From the IMG/VR virus record IMGVR_UViG_3300022074_005559: a stretch of 64,000 nt of DNA, one strand, 5' to 3'. The notes beneath the pieces are model-generated. The model saw only the letters and a program-made list of their open reading frames with translations. It was not told where the DNA came from and did no database searches. A program made the position numbers and the translations under genes. Below are positions 8,300 to 17,824 of this stretch, in pieces. Source of the DNA: a virus. Its lineage: Duplodnaviria > Caudoviricetes. How positions within the stretch are numbered: the first letter of the stretch is position 1; each line of letters begins with the position of its first letter.

Positions 8300-8325
8300 T
8301 GCGCATATAACTGGAGGTTTTTTCT

Positions 8326-10218
8326 TTGCCACAGATTAATGTTCCTGGAATAGGAGAGGTTTTTGCAGATGGGTTTGCTGAAGAAGCAACCATGCAGAGA
8401 ATCCTGCAGGTCCTTGCTTCAAGTGATAATGCAAATAGCCCTGAAGCACAGCAACGATTAGCAACAGCTGCTAAATCTGCTAGCGGATCCTTGACCTTAT
8501 TTGGAAGAAGTACTAGTAAAGCAGGGCAAGATGTAGGCATTGCTGGCAAAACTGCCAGTGACGGTATGAACATGGCTGGCAACACTGGACGTAGATTTAG
8601 TTCAGAAATGTCTATGGCAAGCAGAAGCCTAAGCAGAAGTTTTGCAAACATGAATACCGCGCCACTAAGCATGGTGTCAGGTATTACAGATATGATCAAA
8701 GGAATGGATGGTAAACTAGTAGGCGCTGCTTTAGGTGCTGCTGGCGGTACATTAGTTGCTGATTTATTTGGTGCAGATGGTCCTTTGGGATTGGCGTTAG
8801 GTGCAACAGGTGGTGGTATAGCAGGTTTGGTAGCTGGCGGTGTTATTGGACCTGCCGCAGCAGGTTTAATAGGTTTTATTAGTGAAAAACTTAATGCTAC
8901 TACAGACGCATTTTTTAAAGTACAACAAAGTGGTGCTATACTAGGCGGAAGTTTGATAGAAACTAGAGTTAATGCACATGCCGCAAACTTAACAATGTCT
9001 GAGTTTGGCAATGTTATGAGTAAGAACAGTGAAGCAATGGCTAGTTTTGGTGGTCAGACACGCAGAGGTGCTAGAGAGTTTGCTAGAGCTAACCAAGCAG
9101 TGACTACAACATTTGGACAAGAACTACTAGGTTTAGGCATTGGTTTTGAAGACATGGGCATGGCTACAGCAGAAATGATGCAAAACTTTCAGTTGAGTGG
9201 CATGTCTGCACAAGACGTAGCAGTGCGCACAGATGAGTTTGCGGCTGCTGTGCGTAATAATGTTGTTCAACAAAAAGCCATGGCAGCGATTATGGGTAGA
9301 AGTGTAGAACAACAAAAAGAAGCAGAACGTCAACAGCGCAAAGACGCAGTTGTGCAAGCAAGTCTTGCAAGAATGCAACCAGAACAACGTGCTGAAATGG
9401 AAAGACTTATCAGTGCATTTCCTCATTTGCGTGAAGCAATCCTTGACCAAGCAGTGTTTGGTTCGGCAACCAGTGCAGAAGCATTGCGACAGTTTTCGGC
9501 ATTCCCAACTGCCATGGCAGGTATTACTCAAGCAGTTGATAATGTGAAAAGTGGCGCCGGTGGTGCAGCAGATGCATTTATTCTTGCAGCAAAAAACAGT
9601 GATGCAATCCGAGAAGAAAATCTGCAAGCTGCAGACATGATTGCTACACTTGGTAGATTTACCAGCAATAGTATGATTAAGACCATGCAAGAAAGTTTCT
9701 TGCCAATGCAAGACTTGATGACTAGAAGCATTAATAAAACTGTAGTTGATGTAACAACAGATCTAGTAAAAGCAAGCACTGCACAAGATGAAGCAACTAA
9801 AAACATGATGAAACTTATAGCAGCCAATCGTGAACTCGGTATGAGTTTTAGTAACGCAACCACTAGTATGCTTGAAAATGCTGAAGCAAGTATTTTGCTT
9901 ATAGGCAAAGCAACAACATTTATTGCTGACAATGTTAATGCCTTTGCTAAAACAGTTGGTTTAACAACACAAACAGGTGTTGGAAAATACAACAGAGAAG
10001 TGACAATACCTGGACAAACACCTGATACCGTCGATACTGCAGCTAGCGAAGATGCAACCCTGGGAACTACAACTGGCAGTACAAATGCCAATACCGCAGG
10101 TGCTGGAATGAGCGGTCCTGCTACAGTAACAAATCCAGATTCCGATGTTATCTTGCAGAAAATACTTGATAACAACAAGAGACAAACAGATTTACTTGCT
10201 AATATAGCCGCACAATAA
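8326..10218 (+). CDS. Tape-measure / baseplate hub (gp29-like) protein
   Basis: 630 aa, Ala/Gly/Met-rich and helical, with a hydrophobic Gly-rich stretch (GAALGAAGG...GLIGF). TTG start with GGAGG SD; next to the hub chaperones. Confidence 0.6.
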   Translation: MPQINVPGIGEVFADGFAEEATMQRILQVLASSDNANSPEAQQRLATAAKSASGSLTLFGRSTSKAGQDVGIAGKTASDGMNMAGNTGRRFSSEMSMASRSLSRSFANMNTAPLSMVSGITDMIKGMDGKLVGAALGAAGGTLVADLFGADGPLGLALGATGGGIAGLVAGGVIGPAAAGLIGFISEKLNATTDAFFKVQQSGAILGGSLIETRVNAHAANLTMSEFGNVMSKNSEAMASFGGQTRRGAREFARANQAVTTTFGQELLGLGIGFEDMGMATAEMMQNFQLSGMSAQDVAVRTDEFAAAVRNNVVQQKAMAAIMGRSVEQQKEAERQQRKDAVVQASLARMQPEQRAEMERLISAFPHLREAILDQAVFGSATSAEALRQFSAFPTAMAGITQAVDNVKSGAGGAADAFILAAKNSDAIREENLQAADMIATLGRFTSNSMIKTMQESFLPMQDLMTRSINKTVVDVTTDLVKASTAQDEATKNMMKLIAANRELGMSFSNATTSMLENAEASILLIGKATTFIADNVNAFAKTVGLTTQTGVGKYNREVTIPGQTPDTVDTAASEDATLGTTTGSTNANTAGAGMSGPATVTNPDSDVILQKILDNNKRQTDLLANIAAQ

Positions 10219-10254
10219 TTAGGTAAATACACAATAAGGTAGTATAATAAAGAC

Positions 10255-11994
10255 ATGAGCTGGAAAAAACATTTCACATTAGTAAAAACAGATAGTCCAC
10301 TAACAAACGTGGGCGGATCTAGAACAGACAACGGCACACGTTACAGTCATTATGCCTCGCATCTACCTGAAGTATATGTGGGACATCCTAACCGTACAGA
10401 ACGTTATGGTCAGTATGAAACCATGGACATTGACAGTGAGATCAATGCGGCATTGGATATTCTTGCAGAGTTTTGTACACAAACTAACACAGAAAACGGT
10501 ACAGGCTTTGACATTCACTTTGTTGAAAATCCTACAGAAAGTGAAGTAGAGATTATCAAACAGCAGCTTAGTAACTGGAATAACTTGAACGACTTTAACA
10601 AACGCTTGTTCAAAATGTTTCGTAATACACTAAAGTACGGAGATCAAGTATTCATTCGTGATCCAGAAACATTTGAACTGTACTGGGTTGAAATGGGCAA
10701 AGTTACAAAGATTATTGTAAACGAAAGTGAAGGCAAAAAGCCAGAACAGTATGTTGTTAAAGACATTAATCCAAACTTTGAAAATCTAACTGTTACAGCA
10801 AACACATACAGTGACCACACCAAGCAAGGCGATTTGTACAAGAACAGAGGCTACATTCAGCCTAGTAACTTGTATGATGGCAGTGGCGGCAGTGCTAGTC
10901 AAGGACGTTTTGACCGTGCGCTGAATGAAAAAGCAATCGAATCAGAACACGTTGTACATGCTAGTTTAACAGAAGGACTTGATCCTAACTGGCCCTTTGG
11001 TAACAGTATCCTAGAACAAGTGTTTAAAGTATACAAGCAAAAAGAACTGCTTGAAGATGCTATTATTATCTACCGTATCCAACGTGCTCCGGAGCGTAGA
11101 GTATTCTATATTGATGTAGGAAACATGCCAAGTCATATGGCTATGAGCTTTGTTGAGCGTGTTAAGAACGAAATCCATCAGCGACGCATTCCTAGTAAAA
11201 CAGGCGGCGGCGTTAACATTATGGATACAACATATAACCCACTCTCAACTAACGAAGACTACTTCTTCCCACAAACAGCAGAAGGACGTGGTAGTAAAGT
11301 TGATACATTGCCAGGCGGTACTAACCTAGGTGAGATTGATGATCTCAAATACTTTACAAACAAACTGTTCCGCGGTTTGCGTATTCCTAGTTCGTATTTG
11401 CCAACAGGTCCAGACGAAGGTGTAGCAAGTTACAATGACGGTCGTGTAGGTACTGCACTTATTCAAGAAAAACGTTTCAACGAATACTGCATGAGACTAC
11501 AGCGTCTAATAGCGGCAACGTTTGACAGAGAGTTTAAAATGTTTCTCAAGTTCCGCGGCGTTGAGATTGATAACGGCACATTTGAACTGCGCTTTAATGA
11601 ACCACAAAACTTCAGTAGTTACCGCGAAACAGAAGTAGATGCGGCTAAAATCAATACATTCCAAGCACTAGAAGGTTACCCATACATGAGTAAGCGTTTC
11701 CTTATGCAACGCTACCTGGGAATGACTGAAGAAGAAATGTTTGAAAATGACAAACTATGGCGTGAAGAGAACGCTGACATCAGTGTTGATAGTGAACTGC
11801 CTAGCATGCGCAGTGTTGGTGTTACTACAGGCGGTATTCAAGCAGATATGGATAACTTTGAAATGCCTGATATTGATGCTGAAGCACCAGAAGGTGCACC
11901 TGCAGGCGGCGGCGAAGAAGGCGGTACAGGTGAAGCAGGCGCAACTGGTGACGCAAGTCCAGTAGGATCAGCACCACCAAGAACAGAAGCCTAA
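10255..11994 (+). CDS. gp20: Portal protein
   Basis: EDAIIIYRIQRAPERRVFYIDVGNMP, EDYFFPQTAEGRGSKVDTLPGG, YFTNKLFRGLRIPSSYL. Confidence 0.97.
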   Translation: MSWKKHFTLVKTDSPLTNVGGSRTDNGTRYSHYASHLPEVYVGHPNRTERYGQYETMDIDSEINAALDILAEFCTQTNTENGTGFDIHFVENPTESEVEIIKQQLSNWNNLNDFNKRLFKMFRNTLKYGDQVFIRDPETFELYWVEMGKVTKIIVNESEGKKPEQYVVKDINPNFENLTVTANTYSDHTKQGDLYKNRGYIQPSNLYDGSGGSASQGRFDRALNEKAIESEHVVHASLTEGLDPNWPFGNSILEQVFKVYKQKELLEDAIIIYRIQRAPERRVFYIDVGNMPSHMAMSFVERVKNEIHQRRIPSKTGGGVNIMDTTYNPLSTNEDYFFPQTAEGRGSKVDTLPGGTNLGEIDDLKYFTNKLFRGLRIPSSYLPTGPDEGVASYNDGRVGTALIQEKRFNEYCMRLQRLIAATFDREFKMFLKFRGVEIDNGTFELRFNEPQNFSSYRETEVDAAKINTFQALEGYPYMSKRFLMQRYLGMTEEEMFENDKLWREENADISVDSELPSMRSVGVTTGGIQADMDNFEMPDIDAEAPEGAPAGGGEEGGTGEAGATGDASPVGSAPPRTEA

Positions 11995-12016
11995 TAAATA
12001 CGCTATAGGAGAAACT

Positions 12017-13129
12017 ATGGCGTTCCGTAAACTATTTTTCAAAAGAGTACAAGGTATTCGCGACACATATTTGTTGCAAGAAGGTGATATTGCGCTCGAC
12101 GAAAGTGATTTTAAACTATATCGTGGCGATGGAAGCACACTAGGCGGTATTGTAATTAGCGGTGCAGGCGGCGGCAGTGGCATAGCACTCACAGATATCA
12201 GTGTTACACAAGCCAGTGCTAGTGGCGCAGGCACACTAGCATACAATAGTTCAACAGGTGTATTAACATACACTCCTCCCACAGCAAGTGGACTTGGTGC
12301 AAAAACCAGTGTAAGTCAAGCAGATGTTACACAACACCAAGCAGCATTGAGTATTACTGAAAGTCAAATCAGTGATTTAGGAACTTACCTAACCAGTGTT
12401 CCGGCACAAACATTTGCAAGTTTAACAAGTAAACCAACTACTATAGCAGGTTATGGCATAACAGATGCATTGGAATTGGGTACAACTAGTACAACTGCTC
12501 TTGCAGGGGATACAGCATTGTTTGATGGAGTATTTGCTTCACTTACAAGCAAACCAACTACAATAGCAGGTTATGGAATCACAGATGCACTAGCATTAGG
12601 TACAACTAGTACAACTGCTCTTGCAGGCAATACCAGTATTCCTAGTGTACTTACAGATTTAAGTATCAGTGATGGTACTAACGGACAAGTGCTTACTACA
12701 GATGGTTCAGGTAGTTTTACATTTGAAGACGCAGGTGGTGGTAGTAGCCTTCAAAGCAGAATCATAAGAACAAACCAAACTACAAGTTTAGCAGATGGCG
12801 CTGAAGCAGACTTAGACATCACAGGATTCAAAGCATACGCACTACTGTCTATCACAACAGACAAAGCCGCAAGAGTTAGATTATATGTTAAAGCCGCATC
12901 AAGAACAGCAGATGCTTCAAGAGCAGAAGGCACAGATCCCACATCAGATGCAGGACTTATTGCAGAAGTTATCACAACAGGAGCAGAAACAGTTATCATA
13001 AGCCCAGGTGCTTATGGATTTAACCTAGAAAATTTTACAACAACAAATATACCGTGTAGGGTTACAAACAAAAGCGGTAGCACTGACACAGTGCAGGTAT
13101 CTCTACTCGTACTACAACTGGAATCATAA
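12017..13129 (+). CDS. Virion fibre/decoration-like protein
   Basis: Thr/Ser/Gly-rich, with KPTTIAGYGITD fibre repeats and a GQVLTTDGSGSFTF motif; TAAATA at 11995-12000. Confidence 0.6.
   Translation: MAFRKLFFKRVQGIRDTYLLQEGDIALDESDFKLYRGDGSTLGGIVISGAGGGSGIALTDISVTQASASGAGTLAYNSSTGVLTYTPPTASGLGAKTSVSQADVTQHQAALSITESQISDLGTYLTSVPAQTFASLTSKPTTIAGYGITDALELGTTSTTALAGDTALFDGVFASLTSKPTTIAGYGITDALALGTTSTTALAGNTSIPSVLTDLSISDGTNGQVLTTDGSGSFTFEDAGGGSSLQSRIIRTNQTTSLADGAEADLDITGFKAYALLSITTDKAARVRLYVKAASRTADASRAEGTDPTSDAGLIAEVITTGAETVIISPGAYGFNLENFTTTNIPCRVTNKSGSTDTVQVSLLVLQLES
12412..12628 (+). repeat. Intragenic tandem repeat, period 120 nt (40 aa), about 1.8 copies
   Basis: FASLTSKPTTIAGYGITDAL(E/A)LGTTSTTALAG occurs twice, with mostly synonymous nucleotide differences. 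Confidence 0.85.
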
Positions 13130-14895
13130 TGGAACTGTTCCAAGTTACACTAAAACGTGGTGTAGACATTGATGCTTTCTATGATGATATGGAAACACCA
13201 GGCGGTGCTATAACTATTCCAGATAGAAAAGTAGATTGCGGAGAACGCAGACCAACTTCAAGAACTACAGGCTACATGCTTACCTTGGAAGAAGCAAAAG
13301 AAGTAAGTTATGATGACAGAGTAGAAGTTGTTGTTCCACAGAGTGTATTGGACAGACAGACCGTAGTTAACAATGCTACATACACAGGTAGATTTACCAA
13401 AAGCACAAGTCCAACTGGATCATTATTTACAAAAGCCAACGGTAGTAGCGGAGTTACATACACCAATAATGATCACCACGCTTGGGGAATACTAAGACAC
13501 ATTGAAACAGCCAACAGATCAGGTTGGGGCGGCGATGCCGCAAGTTCATCTGATAGGCGTGTTGATACCACTGTAACATATTCAGCAAGTGGCAAGAATG
13601 TAGATATCATTATTGTAGAAAACCACACAGGTAGTGATCATGCAGAATATTCAAGCAGATTAGTAGATTATAATTGGGGACAACACTACAACACAATAAC
13701 AGGTGGCACAAACTATACATACAGCAACGCAGATGCTCGTGACAACTATAATCAAGAAAATAACCATCCAACAGCAAGTGCCTCCTATGCGGCAGGTGAA
13801 AGATTTGGACTTGCTAAAGATGCTAATGTATATATGTTTGATGGGACCTACGAGCAAAGCAAATCAGGTGGTGGTAGCACTAACAGAACCTTTGCCTACA
13901 TCAGAGAATTCCACAGAACCAAATCAATCAACCCAGCAACAGGTAGAAAGAATCCTACCATTGTAAATGCAAGTTTGGGATCAATCAACATCTATTCAGG
14001 TGCCAGTATAGCACACTTCCAAGGTGTGACATTAGACAAGGGCGACGGCAGTACATTCCTCAGTGATGCTGAACTGTTGGCTCGTGGAGTGTACAAGAAC
14101 GCTGGTAAATCGTGGACTAATTTTACCAGCAACACCAACTTTCAAGTAAACAGTTCTGCACCTAACAGTGATTTGGTAGATGCCATAGCAGAAGGTATCA
14201 TTGTGGTCTCTGCGGCTGGCAACGATAACGCTTACACTGATGTATCAGGCGGCAACAACTACGACAACTACTTGGTTGCTGGCGCCGCATATGCGAATAG
14301 GAACTACTTCTTCAATGGCTACTATCCATTCAGAGATTATTACCATCGTGGCGACAACTTCTCATTCAACGGAGCAATAAACGTAGGCGCTCTAAGCAAC
14401 CGCATAGATCAAGGTAAATCAGACTTCAGCAACTGGGGTCCTGGCATAGATATATATGCCGCTGGAGAGCATGTGATGGGTGCTATGATGAAAGATGAAA
14501 TTGCCTACGGTAATCCCTATTACGGACAGGAAAACAATACACCAAAATGGGATACAATGGGCTCGCAAAACGGCACAAGTTACGCCTCACCTTTTATAGC
14601 AGGTTTGCTGGCTTGTTTAGCAGAAGTATATCCTACACTGACACAGGCACAAGCAAGAACATATTTACAAAACAATGCTGTTACAGGATTGATGGCGGAC
14701 ACTGCAAACGCAATAGACGTAGATGTAAGCACAAGAGTGAGCATAGACGGTTCAAACATTGATAGAATAGCACTGTGGAAGAATCACAGAGCAACGTCAG
14801 GTAACATGGCGTTCAACACATACAACAAAGACGTAAACACTCGTCCTACAAGTGGATTAATGTATCCTAGAGTTAGGATTAGACGAAGAGGATAA
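13129..14895 (+). CDS. Subtilisin-like (S8) serine protease with N-terminal prodomain; atypical catalytic motifs
   Basis: VVSAAGND oxyanion motif, DFSNWGPGIDIYAAG and NGTSYASPFIAG; acid motif is VDIIIVEN and His motif is NHPTASA. Confidence 0.85.
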   Translation: MELFQVTLKRGVDIDAFYDDMETPGGAITIPDRKVDCGERRPTSRTTGYMLTLEEAKEVSYDDRVEVVVPQSVLDRQTVVNNATYTGRFTKSTSPTGSLFTKANGSSGVTYTNNDHHAWGILRHIETANRSGWGGDAASSSDRRVDTTVTYSASGKNVDIIIVENHTGSDHAEYSSRLVDYNWGQHYNTITGGTNYTYSNADARDNYNQENNHPTASASYAAGERFGLAKDANVYMFDGTYEQSKSGGGSTNRTFAYIREFHRTKSINPATGRKNPTIVNASLGSINIYSGASIAHFQGVTLDKGDGSTFLSDAELLARGVYKNAGKSWTNFTSNTNFQVNSSAPNSDLVDAIAEGIIVVSAAGNDNAYTDVSGGNNYDNYLVAGAAYANRNYFFNGYYPFRDYYHRGDNFSFNGAINVGALSNRIDQGKSDFSNWGPGIDIYAAGEHVMGAMMKDEIAYGNPYYGQENNTPKWDTMGSQNGTSYASPFIAGLLACLAEVYPTLTQAQARTYLQNNAVTGLMADTANAIDVDVSTRVSIDGSNIDRIALWKNHRATSGNMAFNTYNKDVNTRPTSGLMYPRVRIRRRG

Positions 14896-14908
14896 GATAA
14901 ATAATTGC

Positions 14909-15220
14909 ATGTTATTATTTGAATTAGAAGCACCAGCATTTACACAAGTATCAGCAAAAGTTGATATGTTTAGTAAAAATCCTGACGTTCCTACACGAGA
15001 AGTAGGCAATGCGTCACCTGTTGAAGCACACGCTGAGGATAAAGACGAGCCGAAATATCAGGATAGCAGTGCTGCTATGAAAACTGACACTCGTAAAACA
15101 CGTCTTACACTAGAACAGTTAAGCAAACTGCGTAAACTTGCTGACTTAAAAGCAGCAGAATACCAAGAGTCTATCAAAGAGATTAGACGCCAGTATGCAT
15201 CTGCACCTGCTGCAGAATAA
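14909..15220 (+). CDS. Hypothetical head-module protein
   Basis: 103 aa with RKTRLTLEQLSKLRK; TAAATA at 14898-14903 lies 5 nt before the ATG. Confidence 0.6.
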   Translation: MLLFELEAPAFTQVSAKVDMFSKNPDVPTREVGNASPVEAHAEDKDEPKYQDSSAAMKTDTRKTRLTLEQLSKLRKLADLKAAEYQESIKEIRRQYASAPAAE

Positions 15221-15339
15221 CTGCATTTCCCCTTAGTCTACTTTTTGGCTCAAAAAGTACGCATTTATCCAGTAAAAACTCCTTATTACTAAATAAAACT
15301 ACAAAATGCCTTATGAACAAAGTATTATAGGAGTTAATA

Positions 15340-16047
15340 ATGTCAGAAAACAAGTTTGAACAACTAATCGAACTGTTTATCGCAGAAGATGAGCAGGGCG
15401 CAAAAGACTTGTTCCATGAGATTGTAGTAGAAAAGTCACGTGACATCTACGAATCACTAGTGGACGAGGATCAAGTTGAAGAAACTGCTGAAATCGAAGA
15501 AGATGAAGAAGCAGTAGAAGAGTCAGAAGAAGAGATTGAAGAATCAGATTTTGATGAAGCAGAACTAGGCGGCGACGCTGCAGACGATATGATTGATGAT
15601 ATCGAAGCAGACGAAGAAGGTCTTTCAATGGAAGACGACGAAGGCGACGAAGAAATCGAAGACCGCGTTGTAGAACTAGAAGATGCACTAGAAGAGCTTA
15701 AAGCAGAGTTTGAACAGCTAATGGCTGGTGACGACGAAGCTGAAGACGGCGACATGGATATGGACATGGACATGGACATGGGCGACGAAGAAGGTGAAGA
15801 AGAAGGTGAAGAAGAAATGGAATCAGTTGAAGAAACTGAGGAAGTTGTTCGTGAATACACCGAAAAAGCTCCGGCACCTGTAACTAGCGAACAAGGCGAC
15901 GGATCAGCAGGTCCAGTTGCTGGTAAAAACGATATGGGCGGCAAAGCAGTAGATCCAACTGGTGAAGAAAAAGGTGGAGCAACACCTAAATCAACAGTAC
16001 AAACTGATGCAGCTGATCCACGTGACGCTACAATGAGTAAAGCGTAG
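15340..16047 (+). CDS. Highly acidic prohead core/scaffold-type protein (gp67/gp68 position)
   Basis: Extremely Asp/Glu-rich, sits between portal and protease; AGGAG SD and TAAATA at 15290-15295. Confidence 0.6.
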   Translation: MSENKFEQLIELFIAEDEQGAKDLFHEIVVEKSRDIYESLVDEDQVEETAEIEEDEEAVEESEEEIEESDFDEAELGGDAADDMIDDIEADEEGLSMEDDEGDEEIEDRVVELEDALEELKAEFEQLMAGDDEAEDGDMDMDMDMDMGDEEGEEEGEEEMESVEETEEVVREYTEKAPAPVTSEQGDGSAGPVAGKNDMGGKAVDPTGEEKGGATPKSTVQTDAADPRDATMSKA

Positions 16048-16057
16048 AGACAAACCT

Positions 16058-16690
16058 ATGTTATACTTGAGAGAGAACTTAACCGCACTAGAAGCTGGTA
16101 TTGTTGTGGAAGCAACAGAAAAAGCTGATGGCTCAAAGGATCTCTTTATGAAGGGCATTTGTATCCAGGGCGGGGTTAAAAACGCAAACCAGCGTGTTTA
16201 CCCCGTTTCTGAGATTACTACTGCCGTTCAAAGTGTCAATGAACAACTTAAAGAAGGAAAAAGTGTTCTTGGCGAAGTTGACCATCCCGATGATCTCAAA
16301 ATTAATCTTGATCGAGTATCGCATCTGATACAAGAAATGTGGATGGACGGACCTAACGGTTACGGAAAACTTAAGATTCTTGAAACACCTATGGGAAAAC
16401 TTGTGGAAACAATGATCAAAGGTGGAGTAAACTTAGGAGTTAGTAGCAGAGGCAGTGGAGAAGTAAATGAATCCAGTGGCAATGTTAGTAACTTTGAAAT
16501 TGTAACGGTTGACATCGTTGCACAGCCGAGTGCTCCTAATGCATATCCAGTAGCAATTTACGAAGGACTATTGAATATGAATGGTGGGCACAGAGTACTT
16601 GACATTGCTCGTGAAGCAAACGGCGATGTTAAAGTACAAAAATACTTGAAGGACGAAGTAGTTCGTCTTATCAAGGACTTAAAGATCTAG
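16058..16690 (+). CDS. gp21: Prohead protease
   Basis: GICIQGGVKNANQRVYP, LGEVDHP, DRVSH, GVSSRGSG, DIVAQPSAPNAY. Confidence 0.95.
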   Translation: MLYLRENLTALEAGIVVEATEKADGSKDLFMKGICIQGGVKNANQRVYPVSEITTAVQSVNEQLKEGKSVLGEVDHPDDLKINLDRVSHLIQEMWMDGPNGYGKLKILETPMGKLVETMIKGGVNLGVSSRGSGEVNESSGNVSNFEIVTVDIVAQPSAPNAYPVAIYEGLLNMNGGHRVLDIAREANGDVKVQKYLKDEVVRLIKDLKI

Positions 16691-16699
16691 GAGATCAAA

Positions 16700-17803
16700 A
16701 TGCTAGATGCTATCAAACCACTACTAGATAGCGACCTTGTTAACGAGGACACACGTTCCGCAATCCAAGAAGAATGGGATGCGAAAATGGGTGAAGTCCG
16801 CAATGAGGTAACTGCAGAACTTCGTGAGGAGTTTGCACAACGCTATGAGCATGATAAATCTACTATGGTTGAAGCCTTGGATCGTATGGTTACTGAAGGT
16901 CTAACTACAGAGCTAGAGCAGATCGCTGAAGAGCGTAAAGCAATCTCTGAAGACCGTGCTAAGTTTGTTGCTAAGATGCAGGAAGCATCAGGCACATTCG
17001 ACAGTTTCCTAGTTAAGACACTTTCTGAAGAGATTAAAGAACTTCACGCTGAAAGAGCTACTCAACAAGAGCTAATGGGCAAACTAGAACAGTTTGTTAC
17101 TTCGCAACTTGGTGAAGAGATCAGTGAGTTCCAAAAAGACCGACAGGATGTTGTTGAAACTAAGGTACGTTTGGTTAAAGAAGCTCGTAATAAGTTTGCT
17201 ACATTAAAAGCAGACTTTGTCAAGCATACAAGTCAAGCAGTAAACGAAGCAGTAACTGGCTATCTAAAAGGTGAAATGACTCAACTTAAAGAAGATATTC
17301 AGATTGCAAAAGAAAACACTTTCGGACGTAAAATATTCGAAACTTTTGCTACAGAGTTTTCTTCAAGTCATCTCAATGAGAATCAAAAGATTAAGGAACT
17401 AGAATCAGCATTGCAAATGCAATCTGAAGAAGTTGCACAAATCAACGAATCACTTGAAGAGAAGTCAAAACTAGTTGAGAGGAAAGAGCAAGAGATTGCT
17501 ATTATTCAAGAGAATGTTGAGCGTAAAGATACACTTAACACTCTAATGAAACCACTCAACAAAGATAAGGCAGCGATTATGACTGACCTACTTGAAAGTG
17601 TACAAACTTCAAAGCTGAAGAACGCTTTCGACCGTTACCTACCAGCAGTGCTAGACGGCAAATCAAAAATCAAGGAAAGCAAAAAAGAAGTTATCCAGGA
17701 AAGCCGCACTGAAGTAACAGGTAATAAAGAAACTAAAACAGTCCAGGTGGAAGATGACAGCAACATCGTTGACATCCGCAAACTTGCAGGCTTAGCAAAA
17801 TAA
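16700..17803 (+). CDS. gp22: Prohead core scaffold protein
   Basis: Long acidic coiled coil between gp21 and gp23, with GRKIFETFATEF. Confidence 0.85.
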   Translation: MLDAIKPLLDSDLVNEDTRSAIQEEWDAKMGEVRNEVTAELREEFAQRYEHDKSTMVEALDRMVTEGLTTELEQIAEERKAISEDRAKFVAKMQEASGTFDSFLVKTLSEEIKELHAERATQQELMGKLEQFVTSQLGEEISEFQKDRQDVVETKVRLVKEARNKFATLKADFVKHTSQAVNEAVTGYLKGEMTQLKEDIQIAKENTFGRKIFETFATEFSSSHLNENQKIKELESALQMQSEEVAQINESLEEKSKLVERKEQEIAIIQENVERKDTLNTLMKPLNKDKAAIMTDLLESVQTSKLKNAFDRYLPAVLDGKSKIKESKKEVIQESRTEVTGNKETKTVQVEDDSNIVDIRKLAGLAK

Positions 17804-17824
17804 AGTACAAAAGAGGAGACTATA

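Noticed and set aside
12412-12628. CRISPR- or TIGR-like array
   Set aside because: The repeat is in-frame coding, has about two copies and has no spacers. No other array was seen in the window.
15751-15782. GACATG microsatellite (DMDMDM) as a contingency locus
   Set aside because: It is an in-frame hexamer with a synonymous variant in a low-complexity acidic region, so slippage would not switch phase.
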